From: Mytilus californianus
Taxonomy: Eukaryota
Assembly (NCBI RefSeq): GCF_021869535.1
Contig: NW_026262668.1
Span: forward strand, 930,001-994,000
Direction: 5' to 3'
DNA: 64,000 nucleotides
The notes under the pieces were generated by a model. The model did no database searches and was not told the DNA's origin. It was given only the letters and a program-made list of their open reading frames with translations. Every line of letters begins with the position of its first letter. The stretch's first letter is position 1. Positions 38,478-50,360 of this stretch are shown piece by piece. Both the position numbers and the translations under genes were made by a program.

Positions 38478-39820
38478 TTTTTAGCCTTTGGAACGGTGAG
38501 CTTTTGCCATCACTTGCCGTCCGTCGTCGTCCGTCTGGTGTAAACTATTTCAAACATCTTCTCCTCTGAAACTACTGAACCAATTTCAACCAAACTTAAG
38601 CTGAATGATGCTTAGGGTATCTAGAATAAAGTTTGTGTTTTATTTACTGTTCGTCAAATAACATGGCCGCCATGGCTAAAAATAGAACATAGGTGTAAAA
38701 TGCAGTTTTTGGCTTATATCTCAAAAACCAAAGCATTTAGAGCAAATCTGACAGGGGTTAAAGTGTTCATTAGGTGAAGTTCTATCAGCCCTGAAATTTT
38801 CAGTTGAATCTGATAATCCATTGCAGTTTTTGGTTATTATCTTGAATATTATTAATGATAAAAATAAACTGTGAACTGCAAAAATGTTCAGCAAGGTAAG
38901 ATCTACAAATAAGTTCATATGATCAAAATTGTCAATTGACCCCTTAAGGAGTTATTGCCCTTTAAGGACAACTTTACACAATTGGTTTATCATTTTTTTT
39001 AACTTTGAAAAATCTTCTTCTCTGAAACTACTGAACCAATTCCAACCAAACTTAAGCTGAATGATTCTAAGAGTATCTAGAATAAAGTTTGTGTTTTATT
39101 TTCTGTTTCGTAAAAAAACATGACCGCCATGGATAAAAATAGAACGTAGGGGTAAAATGCAATTTTTGGCTTATATCTCAAAAACCAAAGCATTTAGAGC
39201 TAATCTGATGAGAGGTAAAAATGTTTATTAGGTCAAGCTCTGTCAGCCCTGAAATTTTCAGATGAATCTAACAATCCATTGTTGGATTGCTGCCACCTAA
39301 TTGGTAATTTTAAGGAAATTTTGCAGATTTTGGTTATTATCTTGAATAGTATTAATGATAAAGATAAACTGTAAACAGCAAAAATGTTCAGCAAAGTAAG
39401 ATCTGCAAATAAGTTCGTATGATCAAAATTATCAATTGTCCCCTTAAGGAGTTATTGCCCTTTAAAATCAATTTTTCACAATTTGTTCATTTAGTTTGCT
39501 TACTTTAAAAAATCTTCTCCTTTGAAACTGCTGAATCAATTTCAGCCAAACTTGGGCTGAATGAGTTTCAGAGTATCTAGTATAAATTTTGTATTTTATT
39601 TTCTGGTACGTCAAGAAACATAGCCACTTTTGCTAAAATGAAACATAGGGGTAAAATACATTTCTTTGATTTTGAAGAAAATATGACAGATACAAAGAAC
39701 ATTTCAATGGAAGTTTTAAGCCATTCATTAATATATATTGAAAAGCAAAAATAATCATCGATGAAAGATTTAAGCAAAAAATTACAGGTGAGCGATTCAC
39801 GCTCTTGAGAGCCTCTTGTT
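38478..39820 (+). mobile_element. HINE of the same family, with about 3 central repeats and an intact 3' end
   Basis: gtgagcttttgccatcacttgccgtccgtcgtcgtcc. Units start at about 38557, 39011 and 39511. 3' subTIR aggtgagc (39786) and hairpin gctct-tg-agagc (39801-39812), then ttgtt. Confidence 0.75.
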
Positions 39821-39919
39821 TAGGTAGCAAAAAATAGAAAAACAAACAAACTTCGATTGAGGTAATTTCAGGAATTACTGGTCATTTGACTACGTTTATA
39901 GTTGTATTTCTATTTGCAG

Positions 39920-42712
39920 GAGAATGAAGGAGACCAACTCCTGTCGACACCAAAGAAGAACTATTGTCTCCGATGGATGTCTCTACTTGCCGGGGGATTA
40001 GCTCATGCTATGTTGGCATCCAATCTGATATTCTATGTCTACATTAATGATATCAAAGCCAAGTTTCACTATAACCAGACAGAAGGTATTGTTAAAATTT
40101 GCATATGCGCATGAGTATAATTCAATCACGCTACAAAAAAACTATTTTTTGGGTTAGGCCTGGTCTCATTACTTACTTAACAAAATAAAAACGTGTAAAA
40201 TGGCCTGTTTATGTCGTATATACGTCAATTTTAACATATTTATGACGTCATGGTGACACCGTGACCATAACTGACTTTTCTGGACTGTAGGGGCTAGATT
40301 ATATCATACTTTTGATTTAACACTAAAACTAATATAACTATGAAATTGTTGAACTGTATTGTCCCCCCTCCCCCGCGCATAGACAATTGCATTGACAACA
40401 CTCTCATACTAAATTTCTTGAAGGATTGATATGACATTTATAATAAAGGTTTATATCAGTTATTTCTCGAAAATTAGCGCTGATCTATTATTTTTACAGG
40501 AGTTTCAAGCACTCTCACATCTACATTTCTTTTTGAATTTTTATGAAGTTATATCAAAGGAAGATATCTTATCATACATGTGTACCCCTTTGAAGGTGTT
40601 TGTTGAACACTAAGCCCTCTCTCCTTTTTTTATCCAGATAAGTTGAAAAAACATAATGCACAAATAACGAAAAGCACTGAACAAAATAATATCGGTTTTA
40701 CAGATAAAAAGATAGGTATAAATATATACTGGTACTAAAACTTTAGTACTTAAACTGCAATTGAAAATTAAGTATATTTCATTTTAGTGGAATTATTTGC
40801 ATCCATGTTGAATGCCGGAATTGGTCTTGGGTTTCTACCCAATTTAATTGGTAGCAAACTGAAATCTACGTGGATATTAGTTATTGGTTTACTGTTGAGT
40901 ACTGCTGGATTACTTTTATTGTGGAGTTCTACAAAGATGGTGGCATTTTATGAGGGAAAGAGCTGGCTTATGGCTTTATATTTTCTTATTAGCGGTAAGT
41001 TACGAATTTACTCCTTTGTTCTAAATATTCCTATTTAAAACAATGCCTTGATTCTTGAATGCATTTATTCAATTGTTTATTGTTAAAGCATTTTTAGTAC
41101 ATAGTAGCAGCTATAATACGTTCTGTGGGAAATTGAAATTTGAATTTCGACAACAAAACATGTGTTTGCCTATTTCGCCCTTTGATTTCAGAAAAACTAA
41201 TGTGCATGTAGGAGGGGGGAATTTGATTTCAAAAAATTACTGGATTACTTATAAGATTGAACTCTTGCATAATTTATGAAACCAGTTCATTGTAGGAACC
41301 ATGTTATGTTAATTAGCAGCTTTTAGTTAAGTCGCTGATGAGACACGAGGAATGGAAGCATATTTGTATTTTATTTAAGTATTTTTATATAATATGTAAG
41401 TCAATCAACAACAATATTGTTGACTACTTTGTCAGTGAATGAAAATAACGCTATGAACTTCGTGCGTCCGAACGCTCAAACTTAAATATTTGAAAGCCAG
41501 GGATGTCTTTATTCGTAGAAACCTTAGGAGCCATATTACCAAAAACCAAATTCAGCTGGCAAAAACACTTCGCGAGAATATCCATTAAACATTTCTTGTC
41601 CAGTTTATCATATCGTATTTAGAACGAATTTGAATAAAGTATTGTATGAACTTTCCTCAATATATAACGACGAAAATTTAAGAACTAAAGCTTTTTAATG
41701 ATATTCTTTATGTTTTTTTTTCGAAGGTCTTGGAGGTTCTGTAGCGTACATTATGGCATTACGATTCAACGCAACACATTTTGCAGAAGACAAAAGGGGT
41801 CGCATAATGGCGATGATGTTTATTTTTATTGATATCGGCATGATCAGCTTTACAGTTATATATTACAAGGCTTTACCCGCTGCCACCAGATTAGAAGGGT
41901 TTTTGATTGTTGTGGTATCTTTCAATGCTGCCGTATATATATTTTGCATGATATTCCTCAGAAATACACCATCTAATATCGGAGAAATTACTGTTGCGAA
42001 AGAGGAACCACATTCGTCTAATTTCAAATATGAAGCAATGGACACTGAGAACGCATTGTCAGAAAAATCCTTTTCGGAACTCCTCTGCACTATTGATTAT
42101 CAATTGCTTGCATGGATGTGTTCATCGGCATTTGCTGTATCTCTGTTGCTAAGCAACAATATGACAGTCTTAACAAAAGAACTTGACCTGACCTCTATAG
42201 ATACTGTCATCACGATCATGTATCCACCGATAGTTATTGTTGCCGCATTGGTATTCAGTTTAGCATCCGACAAATTGAAGCATACACTAACGAGGACGTC
42301 ATTTTTAATCGCCGGAGTAGTATGTTTAGCCATCAGTTCGATATTAAATGCTTTTTTATCGTCAGGCAAGGGTGTTGTCATCACTGCGGTAGTGTTAGCT
42401 GCTGTTGGAACAGGTATAGTATATACCATTGGACCTACAGCTATGAGTGAAGTGTTCCACATTGATAATTTAATGCGGAACTGGGGATTGGTAATGCTTC
42501 TGCGAGCTGTTCTGATAATTATTCTTCATTTGATTTTCGGTGAAATATATGATCTTGAAGTCAGTTCAGATGCTTCAATGTTTTGTAAAGGTTTACATTG
42601 TACTCGTTATGGATATCTTTTAACATTTGGCGTGGCAGTTATAGCCGTCGGCCTTGGAATAATATTGATTATACGCAATAATTTAAGAAATAAGAGAACA
42701 ACGGAGATGTGA
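39920..42712 (+). CDS. Major facilitator superfamily transporter, nodulin-like/MCH1-like
   Basis: Exons 39920-40085, 40788-40994 and 41727-42712 (GT-AG, phases 1,1). Many hydrophobic segments. C-terminal NWGLV...FGEIYDLE...CKGLHCTRYGY pattern is typical of nodulin-like MFS proteins. 466 aa if the 17934 exon is used. Confidence 0.85.
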
Positions 42713-44408
42713 TGAAGGAATCAGCTTGTCGAGTCATTTTATTGTAAAACTAGTTTTAACTGCTTCTCAACATAAGCTCTTTAAGTAAGAAATTAATATT
42801 TGTACAACTTATGTTTATTTCATTGGTGTTGCTATTTTTCAAAGTAGAAATACGATTGAATAACATAACAAAATATCATTTATTATTTATTTGTCTGTTA
42901 AGGAACGGTATTCCTTGATTTAACAAAGCGGTACGTACTACTTGTTCAATGTTAAGATATATAGTTGTTGTTATTTTTTTTTACATGTATATTAAAATTT
43001 TATTTGAACTCCTTGTTATACAATCTGGTAAATTCACGAGTTTGGTTGCGGATGTTATCTTTTCAACAATATACCCATTGTTTTACCAATCTTTGTTTGA
43101 TAATACAATACAAATGTACATATGAGATGAGAACACAATTATTGATTTTGGATGCAATAGGTCAAAGGTCTAACATGTGTCTTACTTTCACAAAACTTGG
43201 TGTGATAATGTCCTATGGGATGAAGTAGATCTCGATTTTTTTGTCGCTAGTCTAGGTTAAACGTTAAGGTAACAGAAGTAATCGATAGACTGAAATTAAA
43301 ACCAAGTTTTGGTTTCCGGGTGTTATATTTGAACCATTTGTATTACTTATACAAACCTTAGTGTGATAATATCCTATGGAATTAGGACGATCTCTGATTA
43401 TTTCGAGATCACCAGGTTAAACGACAAGGCCACAGCAGCAAATGATAGACTGAAATAAGGACAGCATATTGGTTGCCGGGTGTTTTCTTTTGAACAATTT
43501 GTATGACTTTTATCAGGACGACGAGGGCGGATTTTGACGACCTTGACGACCCATGAGGGTCTTGCACGGTCGGAACTTTTATCAAACTTTGTGTGATAAT
43601 GATCTATTTTATGATATAGAAAATATATTCATGAATCATCAAACTGAAATAAAGAAGACCGTATAGATTGTTTGGTAATTAAATCAAAGGTCACAATACC
43701 TACATGTACTTTTCATCCTTTAATATAAGTTGTCAGCAGACTCTACAGTCCTCATCACAAACAAAAATAATACCCCTTTTCAGTTATTGGTTTCATTTAC
43801 AAATTCATAAAGATCGCAACCTGACCATGGTGTTTCTGGATTTAAAAAATAATCTTCTCTGTGTGAAGGTCAACTATAAATGAGACAGTAACCCAATACA
43901 GACGACCTGTGTGACATCAACCGTAAATTATAAAAAAATATTAATAGATTGCTACAACCAACAACGAGGTTCCTGAACTGAGATAGGTATATAAGCATAG
44001 TGATTCTGCAAGTAAGTGAGAAACGATATTAGCTAGTTAAGTATTCATTTAATTGAAATATATTTTTTCTCAATAAATGGAAAAAAAAACCAATTTAAAT
44101 AATGTTAACAAATAATAGTTTAAAATTTCCTTCCCAAAAATAAAACATTTAAAAAAGAAAGAAAAAAGAAGAACCCTCGTCAATAAAAAAATGTCCACAA
44201 AATACTCAGTTCATAGCCGATTTCAAAAAGCATAAAGCCTTAAACAGTTCAAATCAGGAAAACAAGTAGCGATGTTCACATAATGTGTTCACTAAATCCT
44301 AATCGAAAAAGATCAAGTTTACTTTATTTGGCAAAACCTTTTGGAAATTTGGGTCCTAAATGCTCTTCAATTTCGTACTTTATTTGGCCTTTTTTATGTT
44401 TTGATTGA

Positions 44409-44467
44409 GCGTAACTGGTGAGTCTTTTGTAGACGAAACGCGCGTCTAGCCACGCGCGTCTGGCGTA
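44409..44467 (+). ncRNA. Degenerate minimal type I hammerhead ribozyme in a Penelope-like terminal repeat fragment
   Basis: gcgtaa-CTGGTGA-gtct ttttgt agac-GAAA-cgcgc-GTC...tggcgt. The core CUGAUGA is mutated to CUGGUGA, and acgcgcgtct is locally duplicated. Confidence 0.55.
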
Positions 44468-44757
44468 CAATATTGTAATCCTGGTATCTATGATGAATTT
44501 ATTGATACAGTTTTGACAGTGTTCAGCAGTGAATCTAATTTCAACCTAATATATTTTTTTTGCAATAGTCCGTTTTAAATTACGTTGCATAAAAACATAG
44601 GATTGAAAATGAATTTTATGCTCAACTATAAATATACATGTAACTAGCTTGTACAAGTTCTTGACCATTTGTAAATGTCTGCATTTGACTAAAAGATGAA
44701 ATCGAGCTATTTTGAACTCTTTACCATGATAGTACATCGTCCAATCATTCCGTGAGA

Positions 44758-45062
44758 AACCGCCTCGGTGGTATCGTGTTCGCCTCGAGTGCGGGTGGTC
44801 GTGAGTTCGAACCCTATCCGGGTCAAACCAAAGACTTTAAAATTGAATTGGTTATGCTGCTTCTCTGCTAAGCACGCGGCATTAAGGAGTAAGAACAAAG
44901 ACTGGTTAGCTAGCTGGGAGTCGGAATAATGTGTCCGGGTAAGATGACATGTCTTCCTGCGGACTATTACCTTGTGAACTAGCACGTAGAAAATGCGGCT
45001 CAGCGTGTCGGTCTAGTACAAAGCATCATCATCATCATCATCATCATCATTATTATTATTAC
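44758..45062 (+). mobile_element. tRNA-derived SINE with (CAT)n/(TAT)n tail
   Basis: GC-rich head with B-box gagttcgaacc, conserved-looking body (tgctgcttctctgctaagcacgcggcattaaggagtaag) and a microsatellite tail. Confidence 0.75.
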
Positions 45063-45201
45063 TATCTAATGGTTGAAATGTAAATAAGTACACGCAATCA
45101 AAGTAGCTAATCAGATCTCTCAAATCGATCTTGCTGGCTGCATAAAATGACCGACTGCTACTAGATATACTCCATATTCTAGATAAACATATTTTATATC
45201 T

Positions 45202-45286
45202 GTCTGATTAAACCCAGCCCCCACTATCCACTTGCGTTTGTAGGCTACAACCGCAAGTGGATAGTGGGGGCTGGTTTTAATCAGAC
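45202..45286. repeat. 85-bp near-perfect palindrome (mini-MITE)
   Basis: gtctgattaaacccagcccccactatccacttgcg / cgcaagtggatagtgggggctggttttaatcagac: 35-bp arms with 1 mismatch. Confidence 0.85.
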
Positions 45287-45354
45287 TGATTTTATATCAA
45301 CATCTAGTCAATTTACGTCCTGAACATGCATGCCAAAGACACTGGGCGTTACGG

Positions 45355-46030
45355 TCGAGGAACAGTAAATGGGTTATTTATGGCACTCATGCAACATCTT
45401 CTTATTTCTATTTCACATAGTTTTGTAAAATTTTGCATACAACTTCGGCTTGTTGAACTATAATAACTGAAATTCGAAAAAAATAATGCAGTTATCTCTT
45501 TTTTTATCTAAAATATCACTGAATGAATTCTTTTAAAAAAAGGTGATCATTTGTATAGAAAGCGCATAAAATCGGTGAAAAATGTTCTTAAATTTGACTT
45601 AAAATCACCAAATCTCCAATTTCATATCCATAGAGGTGTCTTTAAAAACTATATGTTGTTAATACATCAATTTCAGTTTTAATGATGTAAAATGATAATA
45701 AGGTCACCGACTATTTTATATATCACTCAAAGTGGTGTTCTGGGTGAAGAAAAAAAAACGGAAATTTATGTATCAACATCATGTAATTTTTTGAGAAAAA
45801 TCTATGGATTTGAAATCGGAAATTTGATGATTTTAAGACAAATTTAAGAACGTTTTATGCCGATTTTATGTGCTTTCTATAAAAATCTTCACAAATTTTG
45901 AAAGAATCCAAACAGTAATATTTCAGATAATAAATTCATCATTTAAGTTTGAATTATAGTTCAACGAGCAAAAGTTTAATGCAAAAGGTTACCAAAATCT
46001 GTGACATAGCCTATTTACTGTACCTTCCTT
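45355..46030. mobile_element. Foldback element with ~270-bp imperfect TIRs
   Basis: 45520-45630 is roughly 80% (by eye) the reverse complement of 45801-45908. Similarity continues outward (ttgaactataat; ggaacagtaaat / atttactgtacc). Confidence 0.65.
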
Positions 46031-47239
46031 GACCTTAAAAGTAAACAACAATCAATCTAGTCAATTTACAGAAACACACAAGAATGAGCGCGTGAATATT
46101 TAGATCTAACAAATATTATGGTGGAAAATACATACATATATACAAATAGTTGTGTTTGTATTAAATCTTCATTTCTAATTTTATTGTCTTAAGTTGTTTT
46201 GCCTGAAACGTTAAAAGTCTACACGTACAAAATGTATAGTTTGTATAAGTTGTGTACAGATTGTACCAGTTAGATTAGTATTGAAAAATCTACAAAGAGC
46301 GAATTTTGTACATGATCAACTATTACAAAAAAAGTATTGGCAAAAGGTGAGCAAGATAAGGAAGTTGCATTCAATGCAACTTATTGCAATTAATTGCATC
46401 TAAAATTATATTAAGACTAGTTATACTGTCCAAAACACAAAAGCGAAGTTGGTGAATCTTTCTTAAAATTTTGAATCATTATGACCCACTTTTCGTTTTA
46501 TCCAAGATATATGTGGATTGACAAAATTATCTTGAAATTGTTTATTCAAAATGAACCTATAATACGACAAATGCACGAACAATTATATTTCAATCTTTGG
46601 GTCGATTTAATCTAAATCGGACCGGAATCTCCTTTTTTGCAAGAATTAACCCCTTTTCAAAAATTTAGCTTGCTTGATCTTTCCCGGAATGAATACACTT
46701 GAAACAGTGATCGATTGAAGACATCAATCACAAAATAACAGACAGCAAAAACGTATTGAGTTAGCAAAACAATTTCAGCCACTGGTCATGCTGATAGTAA
46801 TAAGTTTTAGTTCTTTTTACAAGTAAAGAGGCATAAATAACTTCGAAAATTAAATGAGCATCTTCCATTGTACCATTAGCCAAACAACTGATTTTCTGTG
46901 CAACATCAGCAGGGAAGAACACCTTCAGAAAACGTGATATTCTTTTACTACAGTGAAACAAATGTTTTTGCTGGTCTCTCATAATAGCATTAAAGACGTG
47001 TCAACAAAGCTGAACTTGCAAACTTTTATATTTTACCAATCAACATTTTTCGGGAAAATTAAAAATTCTGCACACCATGTGGTATCTTCTAGTTAATAGT
47101 AATAAAATCCGGTTTTACAAGATTAGTCAGAACCATGGGAATCAGGACGAATTGGGAGTACAATTGTCATGAAAGAAACAAATTAAAAATAATCTTGATA
47201 GCTTGACAAGGTGTGATAAGGCATGGTATTGGAGAGAAA

Positions 47240-50200
47240 ATGGCGACAATTGTTTATTTATTCAGCTTGTTGTTCATAGCGTTATCGACAAATGGTGAGT
47301 TCTGCATCACTGAGAATTTTTCTTACTGTAAACTGCAAGACAACCTGGCGGTATTTTGAAATATGCGTCATACGAACATACCTGTGCGATAAATATCAGT
47401 AAATAACAGACAGACACACGCAAAGTTCACTCGTATTTTCCTGATAGTTATTTTAATTTGCAAAATATAACACGAAGGAAATTGTTGATGATGTATATAC
47501 ACTTTACAAAATATATCATACGGTTTAAACAAAACAAAACGAAAATATTTAAACGTATATATTTCATTTTCTAGAAATTTCGGTAATAAAGGGAATTGAT
47601 TTGTTATGAATTAGGCCGTTAGTTTTCTTAATTGAATTGTTTCATATTTTTCATGTTGGGGCCTTTTATAGCCGACTATACGGTATGGGTTTTTTCATTG
47701 CTGAAGGCCGTACGGTTGCCTATAATTTCTTACATCCACTTCATTTGAACTTTGGTGGATAGTTATCTCATTGACAACTATACCATATCTCCTTATTTTT
47801 TTTAAAGGTAAGAAAAGGTACTTTTGTCCCTCGAATTAAGAAAAATAGACATTGAGCTATCGGAAATAAAGATAAATAATAACAATGCATTAGTCTATAA
47901 AACAAAAATAATAAATAATCCGACATATATTTGAGTTTTTTGCCTAACTAAACATTAGATTCGAGTATTTTGCCTAACTTAACATTAGATTCGAGTATTT
48001 TACCTAACTTAACATTAGATTCAAGTATTTTGCCTAACTTAAAATTAGATTCAAGTATTTTGCCTAACTTAACATTAGATTCAATTTGTTAGAAAATTTT
48101 ATCTACCGTTCCGCTATCGGCTATATATTTTAAAAAACTTCAAAAAGCATTCTGCTGATGAAATTGCTCTTCTAACAGGTAGCCTACATTCCGAGATTCG
48201 TTGGGACTGATGAATTCCTGCGTATTAAAATTTAACTATTCAATTTACAACTTTATTTTTTAAATATCTTAACATTTTTACTCCTAATAATAACTCCTTA
48301 ATATTGAAAATAATGAGAATTAACAAGAGAGGGTGCTAGCTACATTACTTTAATTCCAACAAAAGGCAATATAAAGTGAATAATCGCACTGTTATTCTAC
48401 TAGGAGTTGCATTGTTGACAGACTCTGGACAAGGAACATCTTCCAATAGTGGTGGTTCTACAAGTAACAATGGATTTGGAACAGGTTCTGGGTTTGGATC
48501 AGGGGGTGGTGGCCAGTCATCATGGAACGGTCATTACACTGATAAATCTTCGGCTTTTGGTGGCAGTTTCGGTAGTGTAGGAGGTTCTGGATCATCTGGT
48601 TCTGGGTCCTTATCATCTGCAACTGGGTCTGTATTATCAGGGGCTGGTTCTGCATTATCCTCATTAACAGGAGGTTCTGGTGGAGTAAGTTCAGCGTTAT
48701 CCTCATTAACGGGAGGTTCTAGTAGCAAAGGTGCTGGTGGATTTGAAAAAGGATCTATGGCTGAATTGAGTGCAGGTAGTTTTTCAAATGGATTTGGGTC
48801 TTCAGGTGGTAGTGGCTCTGGTGGAAGTGGAATGAGCTCCTTTGGTTCAGGTTTTGGAACTGGAAGTACTGGAAGCGGAAGTAGCTCTGGAACATTTGGT
48901 TCTGGTGGTAGTAGTGGAAGTGGAATGGGCTCTTTTAGTTCAGCTTTTGGAACTGGCAGTGGTACTGGTGGCGGCGGCTCTGGATCATTTGGCTCTGGTA
49001 GTGGAATGGGTTCATTTGGATCAGGAGGTAGCTCTGGGTCTTTTAGTTCTGGCGGCAGTGGATCTGGAACAGGTTTTGGATCAGGAAGTAGTAGTGGTAG
49101 TGGAAGTGGGTCGTTTGGGTCAGGCTTTGGTTCTGGGAGCGGTGGAAGTGGATCTGGTAGTAGTGGAAGTGGATCTGGATCGTTTGGATCAGGATTTGGA
49201 TCTAGTAGTGGTGGTACCAGTAGTGGAAGTGGAAGTGGAAGTGGATCATTTGGTTCTGGGTTTGGGAGTAGTGGCAGTGGATCTTTTGGATCGGGTTTCG
49301 GAACTGGCAGTAGTGGTAGTGGAACTGGTTCGTTTGGTTCAGGATTCGGTTCAGGTAGTAACAGTGGAAGTGGATCAGGGAGTGGCGCTAGTAGTGGATC
49401 TTTTGGTACTGGGTCTGGTAGTAGTGGTAGTGGAAGTGGGTCTGCTTCGTTCGGATCAGGAGGTGGAAACGGACAAGCAGGTCAGTTCTTCGGGTCATCC
49501 GGTTCATCGGGTTCTGCGGCGAGTCAATTTGGTAGTGCTTTAAGTTCGTCTGGAGGATCAGTTGGTTCAGCTGTTGCAGGCATAGTTTCGGGTGGTTCAT
49601 CAGGATCATCGAGTAGTTCGTCAGGTGGAACCTTCAACGGATTTGGCGGTGAGTTTATATGGTAAATACAAATAACACGTCATCATAAATACTGTGCGGA
49701 GTGTTTGGGGTTTGCTTTCACCAAGGACACTTAAAAGGCTGTAATTTAATTGATGAATAATTTGGAAAACAAAGTGACTTACGGTCTCCTATTCAGAATT
49801 CAAATGAACATTTAGTAATTTTGTTTTCGTCAAAATTATAACTTACGAAAAATGTTCCTGACCAAAAACATCAAAATATTCATTAAAAATCGATTACAAG
49901 TATAATGCATGATAATTGAAATCACAATGTACCTTCACGATACAATTGGTATAATTATAGACCCATCTCAACAAAGAACTGCACCGATAGACCGAATTTA
50001 CGTAACCATTGAAAGGATCCTGTAATCGTCTTCCTAATGTTAATTTCTGAGGAAAAGTGTAGTTCCTTACAAAGTTAGTCGTATATCTGCCAAACTTTTC
50101 CCGCCCGTTCTTGTCAAAAGAGTCATGATTAAAGTTTTATGATGACCTTTCAATTAATCTTAAATAATCTTAAGTAAAAAAAAAATACACCGATAGCTTT

Positions 50201-50298
50201 AGAATCTACCCTGAGCTAGTTCAGGACAATGAATATATTCAGAAATGAGAGATGTCTTAATGGAAGTAATTGATGGGAGCCCCCCCCCCTTTTCCCCG

Positions 50299-50360
<62 letters not shown>

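Noticed and set aside
48458-49609. ORFs 48842-49543 (+, V/L/D/E-rich) and the minus-strand ORFs
   Set aside because: These are alternative-frame shadows of the Gly/Ser exon. Only the Gly/Ser frame has matching splice phases and a signal-peptide exon.
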